64,000 nucleotides of DNA, taken from assembly GCF_020745735.1 (NCBI RefSeq), contig NW_026867487.1:2480001-2544000 (forward strand). Reading direction: 5' to 3'. Shown one piece after another: positions 48,861 through 61,638 of this stretch. Both the position numbers and the translations under genes were made by a program. The notes beneath the pieces were generated by a model, which did no database searches, had not been told where the DNA came from, and was given only the letters and a program-made list of their open reading frames with translations. Source of the DNA: Hemiscyllium ocellatum. Its lineage: Eukaryota. The stretch's first letter is position 1, and each line of letters opens with the position of its first letter.

Positions 48861-51800
48861 GTAAGACAAACTTCTCAATTCTACTGTTTTCTACAATTTA
48901 TTGTATTTAATTTGTGTTTAGTGAATTTGATAATTCAGTAAAATCAGTCAGATATTTTGGACAATTACATGATTCCATCCCAGAGAGGTGAATTCCTGCA
49001 GAGTCAAGAATATACCCAGTAACTGGAGCTGAAACCTGAGACTAGATTTATTCTCAATAGTTAACATTAAACCTCAGAAAATCTAATAAAGGTTCTGGGA
49101 TCTGTTTAACATGCTCAGCTTGATCCAGGTTACATTATTCAGGATACTTGCTGTATTGGGCTAGGTTTAATGATTTTCAACTGTTGGATATTTGGAGGCA
49201 GGTTGGGATTTTGTTATAATCGGAGTTAAAAGACAGGATCCAATTCTGTTGTGATGTAAAATTGGTGTGACAGTCTTTTACATTTTTGGTTTTTTTATAG
49301 TTCATACCTTGTTGAACAGTTTTAAAAGTGTTAAACTCCAGATTTCACTTGATAATTTTGCGAACGGAGAGAAATGATTTGGACATTTCCAGACAGACGG
49401 CAAACAGGCTGTGGGTGTGGAATGAAGTTGTGTCTGATTGAGACAGGATTTAGGGTGTGCTTCGACATGAATGGTTTAATTATCTGTGAGATTTTAAATC
49501 CTCTCTCACTCTGAAATCTCTAACTGGACCCATGCTGAAAGGTTGAGAACAGAAGAGTTTCTGGTTGAAATCGTTCTTGGACAATAAGAGCATGGAATTG
49601 ATTATTTTTAAATTCATGGATATCATATTTTTCTCTTCACTGTTACAAAGTTTACAATCATTGGATTAAAACTTTTGACAAGGAACCTTCACCCTAATAT
49701 ATGAACTGGACAGTGATTAAATCTCACCGTGAGTCTAAGTCCAAAGGGCAGGAATATGATTTCTTATTACAGTGTCAGTGGAACAAGGTTATTGATATTC
49801 AGCCAGTTCTGACCACTGCTCCTTTTAGTGGAGACTGTCCCTCAAATGGAAGTCAGGCTTATGGGAAAGGAAGGGGATGATCCCTTTTCAGGGACAGGTT
49901 TATATCCACTCGAGATCAAGGAGCTTGAATTGATATTTCACAACTTTCCTGCGGGACAAGAGTTTTGTGAAGGAAACTGATTCTATCATTATTCCTGAGC
50001 ACTATGATATTCTCCTGTGTGCTTTTTACAATGAGTTTTCTTCATTCTTTTAAAATGAATTTATTTTAATAACATCCTTAACTAAATTAACAGGAAGGAC
50101 AATGATGATTTCAACATGTCTCCCTGAGAACATTTAACTAGAAAGTTGAATTTTACAAAAAGCACACAGTAAAGTTTCATTTCACCTCCTCTATCTCTCT
50201 GGATTCACTGGGAGAGAAATTCCTCCCGGGGAGTGAGACAAAACAGGCAGTTTCCGACTTGCCATTCCTCCTGCCCAGTGCCTGATCCTGAATTTCAGGG
50301 ACTGACCTGGAATTGAATGCCAGGCACTGTGTGAAACAGGCAGGCGATCTGAATACCCCAGTTTTCCCTCACCTTCCCAGAAGGAATTTCTTGGCTGCAG
50401 TGTAGATTGTATGTGGGAACATCCCTGATCACAAACACTGAGTGAGGGGTCAGTTTAACTGGAGTGAAACACTGCGGCCTGTGTAATTCCCATTCTTCCT
50501 CCCCAGGAAAATACAAAACGCTGGAAAAATATTTCTTGTACTTGGATAATTTTAGATATGTTTCTGCAGTTGTCGTTGTTCAACCTCTTGTCTGAATTTA
50601 CTCACTGGGTGTGCTCTACCTCCTTTCTCATCTTTCTTTTGGTATTCCACTACCCTTTCTTCCTTTGTTGTCAGTTCCTTCCCTTTTCTTTGGTCTCTAG
50701 TTCTCTTCTTCTCCCGCTTTCACCCCGTGACCTTTACCTTTCTCCTCTCTCTCTCTCCCTCTGTGACCTACAATGCCAATAGAACAGTGCCCCGCCCCAT
50801 CAATGGGGTTAAAGCTGGAACATTCTGGAAAGGTGTTGAAAGGATCAGTTCAGTGTGAGGGGGGTGAGGTCTGCAGTAGGATGTTGATGCTGAACTGTAA
50901 TATACTGGATGAGGCCCAGTACACTGTATGGTGTGAGATCCCGTCAGCATTGAACAGACATTTCAAATCTCTCAGCATTCATTATTGAGGATCTTGGAGC
51001 TTTTAATCTGATTGGCTCAGTGGTGGGAAAAGGTGTTTAAAATTCTCAATGACAGTGAGAAAGTGGATGGAGGATATAAAGGTAAAAGGGAATAAATTAA
51101 AAGCAAACCTCTCACTGACACAGTCCAGTCAGTCTGATGGTGGAGCTGAGGAAATGTTTAGAGTTAGTAATTCAGGATAAAATTTAAGGCAACCTCATTT
51201 ACTCAGGCATTCCTGTGATCTGTTATATTCTGGCTGAAAGGACAGAAGAATCAGATTCTATTGTAAAGATCAACATCAGATTAATATTGAAAGGAAAACA
51301 TTTGACAGCTCTCTGGGACAGTAACAAGGGGGTGGGATGGAGTGGAGCCACCATACACTGATACACGCAGCATAGACAGAGGGGTGCCAGTGGATGTGGC
51401 ATCTGGATTTTCAGAAAATGTTTGAGAGCATTTTGGAAAGGCCAATCAGGGCAGGACTTATCCACTTAATGGTAAGGTCCTGGGGAAAGAGACCTTGGGG
51501 TGCAGGTTAAGAGCTCCTTTAAAGTAGAGTTGAAAGTAGGTAAAATAGTGAAGAAGGCAATTGGTGAAAGCATCCAGTTTTGGAGTTGAGAGGTCATGTT
51601 GCGGCTGTACAGGACATTGGTTAGGCCAGTTGTGGAATACTGTGCGCAATTCTGGTCTCTCTCCTATCAGAAGGATGTTGTGAAATTTGATTAAGTTCAG
51701 AAAAAATTTACAAGGATATTGCCAAGGTTGAAGGATTTGATCTATAGGGAGAGGCTGAATAGGCTGGGGCTGGTTTCCCCGGAGTGTCAGAGACCAGATT

Positions 51801-52102
51801 AGTTTAGGATATCTGGTCGACATGAACGAGTTGGTCTGTTTCTGTGCGGTACATCTCTGTGACTCTATGCCTTTAAATTCCCACACTGGGGATAATAAAT
51901 TAGAGTTGGGGGAATATATAAGTCTGGATGGAGAATCAGTGACTAGACAGAAGCAGGGAGTTGGAATGAATGGATCATTCTCAGGATAGCAGGCTGTAAC
52001 AGGTGGGATAGTACAAGGGTCAATGCTCGCTCCACAAATGCTCACAATCCGTATAAATGACATGGATGTGGGGACCAATGGGGATGTTTATAAATTTGCT
52101 GA

Positions 52103-52313
52103 AAATGTGTTGCTGGTCAAAGCACAACAGGCCAGGCAGCATCTCAGGAATAGAGAATTCGACGTTTCGAGCATAGCATTCCTGATGAAGGGCATATGCT
52201 CGAAACGTCGAATTCTCTATTCCTGAGATGCTGCCTGGCCTGCTGTGCTTTGACCAGCAACACATTTTCAGCTGTGATCTCCAGCATCTGCAGACCTCAT
52301 TTTTTACTAGAAC
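52103..52313. mobile_element. Palindromic family A element with a 19-bp target-site duplication
   Basis: ATGTTTATAAATTTGCTGA at 52084-52102 and 52314-52332; arms ~52099-52176 and ~52196-52272 are near-perfect inverted repeats. Confidence 0.92.
52178..52213 (+). ncRNA. Minimal type-I hammerhead ribozyme motif with all core nucleotides intact
   Basis: ATTC-CTGATGA-A-GGGC-ATAT-GCTC-GAA-ACGT-C-GAAT: 4-bp stem I, 4-bp stem II (one GU), palindromic ACGU, predicted cleavage after GUC at 52209. Confidence 0.75.
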
Positions 52314-53586
52314 ATGTTTATAAATTTGCTGATAACATCACACTGGCTGGGAACATTATTTGTGAGGAGGGTGCAAACAGGTTTCAGGAAGATTTGGACT
52401 GGCTCTGTGAATGGGCTAGAATTGGGCTTATCGAATATATTATACAGAAGTCTGAATTTATTCACTTTGACAGGAAAAAACAGAAAGTCTGATTTGGAAG
52501 TGCGAGTGTCCAAAGGGATCTGGGTCCTTGTTCATGAGTCACTCAAACCTAGCAGGTGGGTGCCACAATTACTGAAGAAAACAAACAGGACGTTGGCATT
52601 AATTACATGGGGATATGAGTACACAAGGAAAGGTGCCTTACTGCAGTTGTATAGGGTCTTGGTGAGACCACACCTAGAACATTGTGTACAGTTTTGGTCT
52701 CCTTATCCAAGAACAGATATACTTGCTGTACAGGCAGTGCAATGGTTGTTTCCCAGAATAATCCGTGGCAGGGTTGTTTACTGAAGAGGGATTGAGGAAA
52801 CTGTAAACCGTGTCTGTATTCTTTGGCGTTTTGAAGAGTGAGTGGTGATCTGACTGAATATACAAAATTCTTACAGGGGCTGATGTGAACAGGATGTTTC
52901 CCTTCGCTGGCGATTAGAGCTGGGGGAACCAAAAATCTTAGGATGAGAGGCAGGCCATTTCTAATTGAGATGAGGAGGAACTACCTCTTTCAGAGGATGG
53001 TGAATCTTTTGGAATTCTCTTCCCAGAGGGCTGTGGAAGTACAATCATTGATCAGGTTCAAGACAGAAACCAGTATGGATCTGGAGACTGATGACATTAC
53101 GGGAGATGGAGATAAAGCAGGAGAATGGAATTGAGGGGATGGTCAGCCATGATCTAGAATGGCAGGTCAGGCTTGAGAGGCTGAGTGGCCCACTCCTGTT
53201 CCTAAGTTCCTGGGTGTGACTGACACACAATGAAAGGATTGACAGGCCACCGGGTGTCTTCTCTCTTGGATGGAGAAGGCTGAGGGGTGACGAAATCAAG
53301 ATTGTTAATGTTCTGAAAGGTTTTGATTAAATGGAGTAGAAGGAGAATGTTTCACCTTGTGGGGACAATCTAAGACAGAGTAGACCATTCAGCCCATTGA
53401 TCCTGCTCCACCATTCAATGAGAACATGATGATCTGATCATCCTCCACTCCATTTTCCTACCTTTTCCCATAACCCTTGATCGTCTTCCTGACTAAAAAT
53501 CTGTCGATGCCAATATTGACTGTACTTAATGACAGAGCCTTGACAGTCCTTTGCAGGAAAACATTTCACAGATTCACTACCTTCTT

Positions 53587-53893
53587 GGCGGCATCGTGGC
53601 TCAGTGGTTAGCACTGCAGTCTCACAGCGCCAGGGACCCGGGTTCGATTTCATTCTTGGGCAACTGTCTGTGTGGAGTTTGCACATTCTCCCCATGTCTG
53701 CTTGGGTTTCCTCCGGGTGCTCCAGTTTCCTCCCACAATCCAAAGATGTGCAGGTCAGGTGGATTGGCAAATTTCCCATAGTATTAGGCACATAGTCAGA
53801 GGGAAATGAGTCTGGGTGGGTTACTCTTCGGACGGTCGGTGTGCACTTGTTGGGTCAAATGGCCTGTTTCTACACTGCAGGGAATTTAATCTA
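53587..53893 (+). mobile_element. Full-length HE1-type SINE nested in a minus-strand CR1 fragment
   Basis: A box TGGCTCAGTGG, B box GGTTCGATTTC, HE1 body. Confidence 0.88.
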
Positions 53894-54879
53894 TGAGATG
53901 AAATTTCTCCTCAACTCTGACTTAAACAACATCACTAGAGGCTATCAGTATAAGACTGTTCCCAAGGAATCCAATTGGAACCTCTTTAGCTGAAGAGTGG
54001 TGAGAATGTAAAATTGTTAAAGGATAGAGTAGTTGAAGTGAAGAGTGGAGATGGATTTAAAGCTAGACAAGGCTGTGAGGAGAAAGGAAATGGATGGTTA
54101 TGATGGCTTAGATGAGGAAATATGACAGAACTGATTAGAATCCCATCCAACCCCCTCAACATCTGCTCCCTCCACCCTCAATGCTTACTGACAGCAGTGT
54201 GGACTATCTACTGCAACAACTCACTAAGGTTCCTTCAACAGCACCTTCCAAACCCACAACCACTACCATCTAGAAGGGCAACCGCAGCAAATACTTAGGA
54301 ACATCTCCACCTACATATTCCCTTCCAATCCACACAGCATCTCAACCTGGAGCTATATTATTGGATCTTTACTGTCACTGGCCTCAAATGCTGCAACACC
54401 TTTTCAAACACGCATGGGTGTCCATGCTTAAATGGTCAGCAGGGGTTCAAAAAACATCTCACCATCATGTTCTCTGGGGCAATCAGGGATAGGTAATTAA
54501 TGCTGCCTCAGACAGTGACCCCTCACTCCAGGAATGAATACAATAAAAGGAGGTTTGAGTGGACCAGAAATACCAGCATGGACCGGTTGGGCTGAATGGA
54601 CACATTCTGAGCTGCATATTCTGTCTAGGTATCAAAGCTCCTTTATTATATTAGCCAATACTCGTTGTCATGTGTTCAAAGTAGATGCGAAGGAAATAAC
54701 TTGTATTTATATTGCACATTCCATGAGTTCAGGACGTACCTGAGCAGTGCAGAGCTTTTGAGTAGATTTGAAGTGCTGTCAGTTTTGGGCAGCAGTGAAT
54801 ACGTCATTAAACCAAAACCCCAAGACCAATCAGATACTGACCAGTTTTTAATGATATTGGAGGGGGGATAAATACTGGA

Positions 54880-55060
54880 TGACACTTTGAGAAGTCAGTT
54901 TAGTGTCTGAACTAAAAGACCAGCCCCTCCAACAGTGTAGCACTCCCTCAGTAATATCAACCTCGATTTTATGTTCCAAGAATCCGCTTAAACCCTCAAC
55001 CTTCAGGTTTAAAGTGAGACTGCGACCACTGAGCCACTTCTGAGTGCCAAAAGGGAACAT
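54880..55060 (-). mobile_element. Deu-domain SINE (SacSINE1/AmnSINE1-like) remnant
   Basis: The minus strand reads GTGGCTCAGTGGT (tRNA-like head) ... ACTGAGGGAGTGCTACACTGTTGGAGGGG; family name from recalled consensus, not a search. Confidence 0.6.
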
Positions 55061-56995
55061 TAACCAACTCAACTCTTCCAAAGAAAATAACACCAGGCTG
55101 CTTAATCTCCCCACACACACCCCCGCCCCCCATTTCATTTCCTAAAACTCTGAACCGTCCTGGATCTGTTGCACCTTGAACTCTCGTGGACCAGAGAGTC
55201 CTTTGCCTCTGGCTGAGTCAGAATTCCACACAGGCCTGACATGAGGTATCACCGAGGATACATTGAGGGTGAATTTGGTCTTGGCTGTAGAACACATCAG
55301 GTTACAGTGAATCATCTGTGTGTTTTACAGCTGCTCAGATTTTCAATCCCATTGAGAACAGTCAGATAGAGACCAGGGCAGATTATAACCTGGGGTGAGA
55401 TTCACGCTCACCAGAATCACTCAAGGCCAGGTTCATCCCGAATACCATTTGATAAATTCCAGCTGTCTGCAGCCGAAACAGTTACGCTCATCATTCTCCT
55501 CATTACTGCTGTACTTCAGCACAATGCTGACAGTCTCAGGAATTTATCAAAGTTATCCCCATATCCATCTCCTGACCACCACTTCCCAACACTGTTTGAC
55601 CCACTGATCCATCATGAACTCCACTTACTGCCCACTGGTTGCGGGTTGTGAAAGACTGTCACCTGGAAATGATGTTGACTGATATGATCCTGTCACCCAT
55701 ACTGGAAAAGCTCAGCAGCTCCCTCAGCATCTGTGGAGACAGAAATAGAATTAATCCTCAGATTTCTGAGACCGCAGCCGATTGATTTAATTTCATCGTT
55801 TTCACAAAGTGCTTTATATTGTGTCTTTGGTAAAACTTTCACAGCCAATGAACAACATTTGAAGTGCAGTGATCAGTGGAATGTAGAGAACACAGCAGCC
55901 AATATTTAGAAAAACTGCAATAAGGACACAAAATAATTAACCATTTTCAAACTGAGTGAATCAGATACAACATTGACTTCACACCCAAACAATATTCCAG
56001 TCCATTCAAGCCTGTGGGGTTGATGTCAATCTGCTGTTCTCCTGAATAATGCAAGATTCCTGCCTGATAATGTGGAGCGTCTCTGCTTTGTTCTCCAATT
56101 CCCAATTGTCCAATGTTTTCCCAAGGTAACCTCAATAATAATGTAATCTCTTACCCAGCACCAGCTCCCCCTTTCACTGACAATCACCAACTACACATTG
56201 GCTTTTACTGGTTGTTTATCTTGTTTCGTGCACATCCCAAAATCTTGCAGCATGCAAGCTCAGTCATTAGCTCAAGACAGCGATTCACAGATAGCTAGTT
56301 ACTCTTGACATCGAGGGATATGGGGATAATATCAATATGGCATGGAAGGAGATGGAAAATCTGAAAGACTGAATCACAAGATTAACAGTCTGTGGTTGTA
56401 CATATTTCTCTGGACAGTTGAAATATTGCCCTTCTTATCCTTGGCCTGTCCTAGTGTGACAGATTCTGTTCCATGAAGAACCTTAAGGGTTTGTATCACA
56501 ATCTGTCAGCTTCTCCAGATTGTGTGATCTGGTGCCAGTCCATACAAATCAACAGCTTTAACCATCTCCATTTACCAGGGCAGGTTTTGAACTCATGGCC
56601 TGTTAGACAATATATTTCTTTGAGTCCTGAATCCTTTCTTGCCCATATTGCTATTGCCTTCAGGTTAGAAGTATCACTTGTTTAGAATCTATGGTATTCT
56701 AATCTCTCAATCAACTGTGTTTCCAGTTCAATTTCTCATCTAGAGGATGGTGGTTCAAACAGTGGAACACTCCAACAGTATCAACTCAACTCTGAAATGA
56801 GCTTGAACGCATGACCTTCTGGTTTTGATGTGACCATGAGACCAACTGAGCCGCAGCTGATCTATAAATGTGTAAACTCTCTGTGTAACAGCGTAATTGT
56901 TTTCAGAAATAGCCGGTTGTAGCTTTAACACAATCTCTCCAGTTTCATTTAATTGCCATGAATTTATTTACTGGGTCTATCTATTTCTGTTTCAG

Positions 56996-57310
56996 ATGTC
57001 CAGATCAAACCTTCAGTTTATGCTTCCAGTACTTACTGTGAGACAAGCTCCAACCAAGATGAGATCAGCCTCCTCTGTCTAGTCAAGGATTTTCAGCCCA
57101 AGAGCATCGATCAGACATGGTCCAGTGACAATGGAATGATCACAACTGGAGTCATGAACTATCCAGCAGTCTTGGGGCAAAATATGACGTACACAATGAG
57201 CAGTGTGATCAAAGTCTCTGCAAGAGATTGGAATGCCAACAAGGTCTACCATTGCAAAGCGGGTTACAAGTCAAATGAAATGGTGACAGCCGAGCTCAAA
57301 AAGCCTACAC
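56996..57310 (+). CDS. IgW: IgW CH1 exon (DVQIKPSVYASSTYC...LLCLVKDFQP...W...VYHC...KKPT)
   Basis: C1-set motifs, extra N-terminal Cys at the usual light-chain-bonding position, TTTCAG acceptor, GTTAGT donor, phase 1. Confidence 0.95.
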
Positions 57311-58542
57311 GTTAGTACAAGAGCTTACGTACCATTCTAAACTGTACTAGGATCAGGGGATGAAGTTGGAAAGGAACCTTCAGCAACCAGTGAAGGAGGT
57401 TTCTGCCCTAAAGCCCACAAATGAATTCTTGTAGCCACATACTCTATCCTGGCTTCCTGGCTTAACAGCAGTGCTGCTGGCAGCTAAATAAAGACCCATG
57501 AGAAATCACCCCAAACTGCCCAAGGCAGGGCAACAATGTCATTGCCTGTGATGCCACAATCCCAACATTTAGTCCGGCTCAAGTCAGTGAAACTGAATAT
57601 CGGGACTGGGGCAAGGGGGGGAGGGGTGGAGTGGTGGGGTTGTACCACACAGGAAACAAATCCCATAACTTTGTCCACTCTCTGATCCAGCTCCAACATT
57701 AGAGCCTCACACCCACCCTTTAACATATCACCAACAAGATCCTGATTTAGAAAATCCGACAGGAAAGGAGGTCATTTAGCCCAATAAATCTGTGCCTGCA
57801 TTATCAAAGATGCAAAATTGTTTCCCTGCTCTGCTCTTTATCCACAGGCCTCCCAATGTTTTGTATTCTCAATAATAATCCATTTCTCTTTCGGAAAATA
57901 CAGTTGAATCTGCTTCACCAGCCCCTTTCAGGGAAAATTCAAACAAATTGTTACGTTTCCAAAGGAAAACATCCTCATGCCAACCTGGGTTTATTGTATC
58001 ACTTATTATGAGTGATCTCCCTGGGAATGGAAACAATTCCTCTCCATCCTTTACTGGTTGTTTACCTGATTTCACACACACTCCCAAAATCTTGCAGTGT
58101 GGAAGCTCAGTCATTCAGATCAAAATAGAGATTCATAGATTTTGAGATACTTTTGACATCAAGGGATATCTAGATAATATGAGTATGGCATTGAAGGAGC
58201 TGCCGAGGCATGGCACATGAACAGGGGGAGGCCAGTCAGCTCCTGGAGACTGCTCCACCATTTCATTAGATCATGGGTGACCTCCACCTCAACTTCCAGT
58301 TACCTGCCTTTGCTCCAGATCCCAGTAAAATGTGATGCTCCACTTGGGAGACTGTAGGTATGCTGCTAGCACTCTCTAACCCAGCTCACTTCACATTCAT
58401 GGTCATTCTCATCAGGCTGTTTATTCCCAAGTGAATCAAAATCAATATTGAAGGCACTGGCATTGTGGTGGTTTCTTTCGATGTTGGGGGATGTCTGTTT
58501 CCAAAACAATCACATCGTCTGAAATATTGTATCTTTCCGCAG

Positions 58543-58842
58543 CTCCCCACGTCTTCTCTGTTGTTCCATCTCCGGAGGTTGTCTACAATCAAACTACTGC
58601 TGCCCTGGGGTGCATGCTATCTGGATTCTATCCTGACAGTGTACAGGTTTCCTGGTTTAAAGCTGGAGTGCTCCAGTCAGGTACCAAACTCCCTTCCAAA
58701 AAGGGAAAAGGCAATATGTTTGAAACAGTCTCTTATCTGACTGTCCAGGTGGCAGATTGGAAGAAAGGGGATAACTACACTTGTGAAGTGACCCATGAGG
58801 CTACAAGCTTCAATATCAGGATCAACATGTCGTACCAAAAGG
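58543..58842 (+). CDS. IgW: IgW CH2 exon (PPHVFSVVPS...LGCMLSGFYP...VSW...YTCEVTH...YQK)
   Basis: Open C1-set domain with AG/GT boundaries, phase 1. Confidence 0.96.
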
Positions 58843-59334
58843 GTAAGTAGACTCTGACGGGGAGAAAGAATACCCTGTTAGAAACTCAACCTCCTATTGA
58901 TGGAATGCCTGAACACTTATTCGCAATTTTTGAATTACTGTCCTTCATTGCAGGGAGAGGTGAGATGTTTAGTATTTTGATATTAAAGTCACATCTGAGT
59001 GGAGTATTGTAATGTAATGTATGAAACAGGAAGACCACCTGGGTGGGGTTGCCTGCCTATTAAAACCCTCATTCCATGTACTCAACGTGACTGCAGTAGA
59101 AAGAAAATCAGACGAGATATCAACTGGTCTCTGAAACCATCCACAGTCCAAACCACCTTCTGTTTCCTCCCACTGCTACCCAAGTGCTGTTTCATCACCG
59201 AAATCTTTCCAATGCTGAATTTGAATGAATTACCATGATTTGTGTCAGTGATCTCCTGAGGGAGCTTGTCCATGACATAGGGGAGGAGAGGTAAACATGT
59301 ATAACATTTAAATTTGTATTTCTTCCAATTCCAG

Positions 59335-59486
59335 GTGAAAAGCCTCCACGTCACAGTTGTCCTCCTTGCTCTTGTTCTGAGTTTGTGCCAGTGCTGCTCT
59401 ACCACACTAACCTTAATGTGACACTCAACAACGGTGAAAAGCACCAATATAACTGTGCCCAACAAAGGTGTCGAATAAAGTTGTGA
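59335..59486 (+). CDS. IgW: IgW short-form secretory tail exon, 50 aa with 5 Cys ([50 protein letters not shown])
   Basis: Pyrimidine tract and CCAG acceptor, in phase with CH2, stop at 59484-59486; a Cys-rich tail after CH2 is the known short IgW/IgX form. Not in the supplied ORF track. Confidence 0.88.
59474..59479 (+). terminator. Polyadenylation signal of short-form IgW
   Basis: AATAAA overlapping the last codons; GU-rich sequence follows at about 59508-59518; no other AATAAA seen shortly downstream. Confidence 0.6.
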
Positions 59487-61335
59487 GCTCATTGTGAATG
59501 GAATTGGCTGTTGAACTTTATTACAAGTTATCTGGCAGGTTCAAATCCCCAGCCCATGGAGTCTGTCAGAATGATAGTGTGAAGACTTTGAGAAGTGACA
59601 GCCCTGGTTAATGTTTCCCACTCCTTATTGAAATGGTCACTGTTTGGTGACCTGTACTGGTTTAGGTTGAAATGCCCTGATCTCACAGTTTGACCCTCAC
59701 CACTTGGCTTTGACTCAAGTTGACAAGAATGTGATGATTATTTGTCACCCATGGGGGCCACCACCTTGATCTAATACAGTAGGATTTGGTCTCTTTCTTC
59801 AATGATGTTGGTCCTGAGGCAAGTTGGTAATTCAGGCCATAAGGACTTATCTGATGCCCTGTACAATCCGGTAGGTTTTGGGTAGAAACATTGGACAGTA
59901 AAATTGGAGAAGTTCCCTTCAATCCTGGATACTGACAATGGTCAATGAAAGGTACATGATGTTCACAAGGAATTCAAATTGACAAAGTTCTTTTTAATGT
60001 CTCCATGAGGGTATATGGAGTGAACTGCCCGTTACCCTGTGATTTCACCATTTTACAATGACATGGAGAGTGCTTCTGACCCTGTGAGGATTGATTGTGG
60101 GAGAGCAAACATTAAGACTTGGTCATTAATAGAATGATCAATGCTAATCTGGAAGGAAATTGCTCAACATCTTGCCTGAAAGGCAAGTGAGGGAGACAGA
60201 ACATCTGAAGCTAATAACAGGCGTCACCCTGTCAGACACTGTCCTGAAAATCATCTCAAACTGCAGTGAAAGGAGTTGGTACACAATGTTCATGATTGGT
60301 TTTGACCAGGACACAGACAGAGTCATCATTCTCTCTGCAAGTATTAACTCAATATGATATCAACAGAGAACAATCAGTGTGGATCAAAGCAGATACCCCA
60401 GTTGTGGTTTGCACAGTGAATGTGTTTGTACACTGATTGGGTACAGAACACATGGGGTTCTGCAGGATATCTGAAGTGACAGTGATCCTATGACAGGCAA
60501 CTAAGAAGAAGGACATATGACGAATTCAGCAAATCATTATCCTCCCAGTCTAATAGCTCTTGAATGAAATTAGAGAAGAAGAGGAACATAATATGTACAA
60601 ATGATATCAACCTCCAACAAGAGAGGACTTTTATTAATTCCTATGACACACCGGGTTTACTGTTCCAATACAAAAATGAACCAACTTCCTTCAGGCATGA
60701 TCATCAGTGATATGTTGCACTTACATATCCTCAAATGTGGTAAAACATTCCAAGCTGGTAAAAAGCCAGAGAGGAATTGGTACTGAGCCAAAAAATGGTG
60801 GAATTAGGATATGACCAAAAGTGAGGTGATTTTTAACAGTGTCTTGAAGTGGAAGAGAGATAGAGAGAGAACAGGTCACTGAGGGTTAGGCAGTGAGTTC
60901 CACAGATTCGGATCTGGCCACCAATGTTTGGACAAAGGGAACAGAGGATTCACACCCTGAGTTGTACAGAGTTTCCAGATTGTTATAGAGCTGAAGAAGA
61001 TTACAGATAGAGGAAAGGCCAAGGCAATGGAACATTAGGATGAGAATCATAAAACTTCCAGTGCTGACCTGAATGAGAGGAAAAGTAAAGAACGATTTGC
61101 ATTAATATATCGTTTTCACAACCACATGACATCATTAAGTGCTTCATAGCCAGTTAAGTATTTTAATGTGAAGTCACTCTTATAATGTGGAAAAAAACAT
61201 GACAGCCAACCTGTACAGAATGACCCAGTGAGTGAATGATCATAATCAATGCAAAACTGTCTTAAGTAAAATTGTGAGGGTTACTGACAACAAACAAGAG
61301 CCATTCTTCTGAGGTTTTTCCTTTCTTATTCGCAG

Positions 61336-61638
61336 AAATGTCTATTTTTATCCGAAATCCTTCTATTGTGGAGATTTGGATCAATAAGACTGCTACTGTG
61401 GAGTGCACAGTGGTCTGTTCTGATCCAAGCCAGGTTCAGATCTCCTGGGAAGTGAGTGGTAAGAAGAGACATGAAGTGATTAAGACTCAGCGGCTAATAC
61501 AAGAAGGAAGCTTACCCACGGTCATCAGTCAACTCCAAACCAGTGTTGAGGAGTGGGAGAGTGGGGTCGATTTTGTGTGCTCTGCCCAAAGTGCTTCCTC
61601 ATCCTCACTGATGTCAAAGAAAATACGTGGAGTAAAAG
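61336..61638 (+). CDS. IgW: IgW CH3 exon (EMSIFIRNPSIVEIWINKTATVEC...ISW...FVC...GVK)
   Basis: Open C1-set domain with CGCAG acceptor and G|GTAGG donor. Confidence 0.94.

Larger units (their letters stand above)
51380..53200 (+). mobile_element. Cluster of CR1 fragments in the J-CH1 intron
   Basis: KFADN, LLQLYRVLVRPHLEHCVQFWSP, FQRMVNL peptides; interrupted by a family A element. Confidence 0.8.

Noticed and set aside
48861-50700. Candidate intronic enhancer in the repeat-poor start of the J-C intron
   Set aside because: No octamer or convincing E-box cluster was seen; position alone is not enough evidence.
59487-61335. Search for a short-form transmembrane exon between the tail and CH3
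   Set aside because: No hydrophobic CART-motif exon was found; the small ORFs here resemble LINE remnants or noise.
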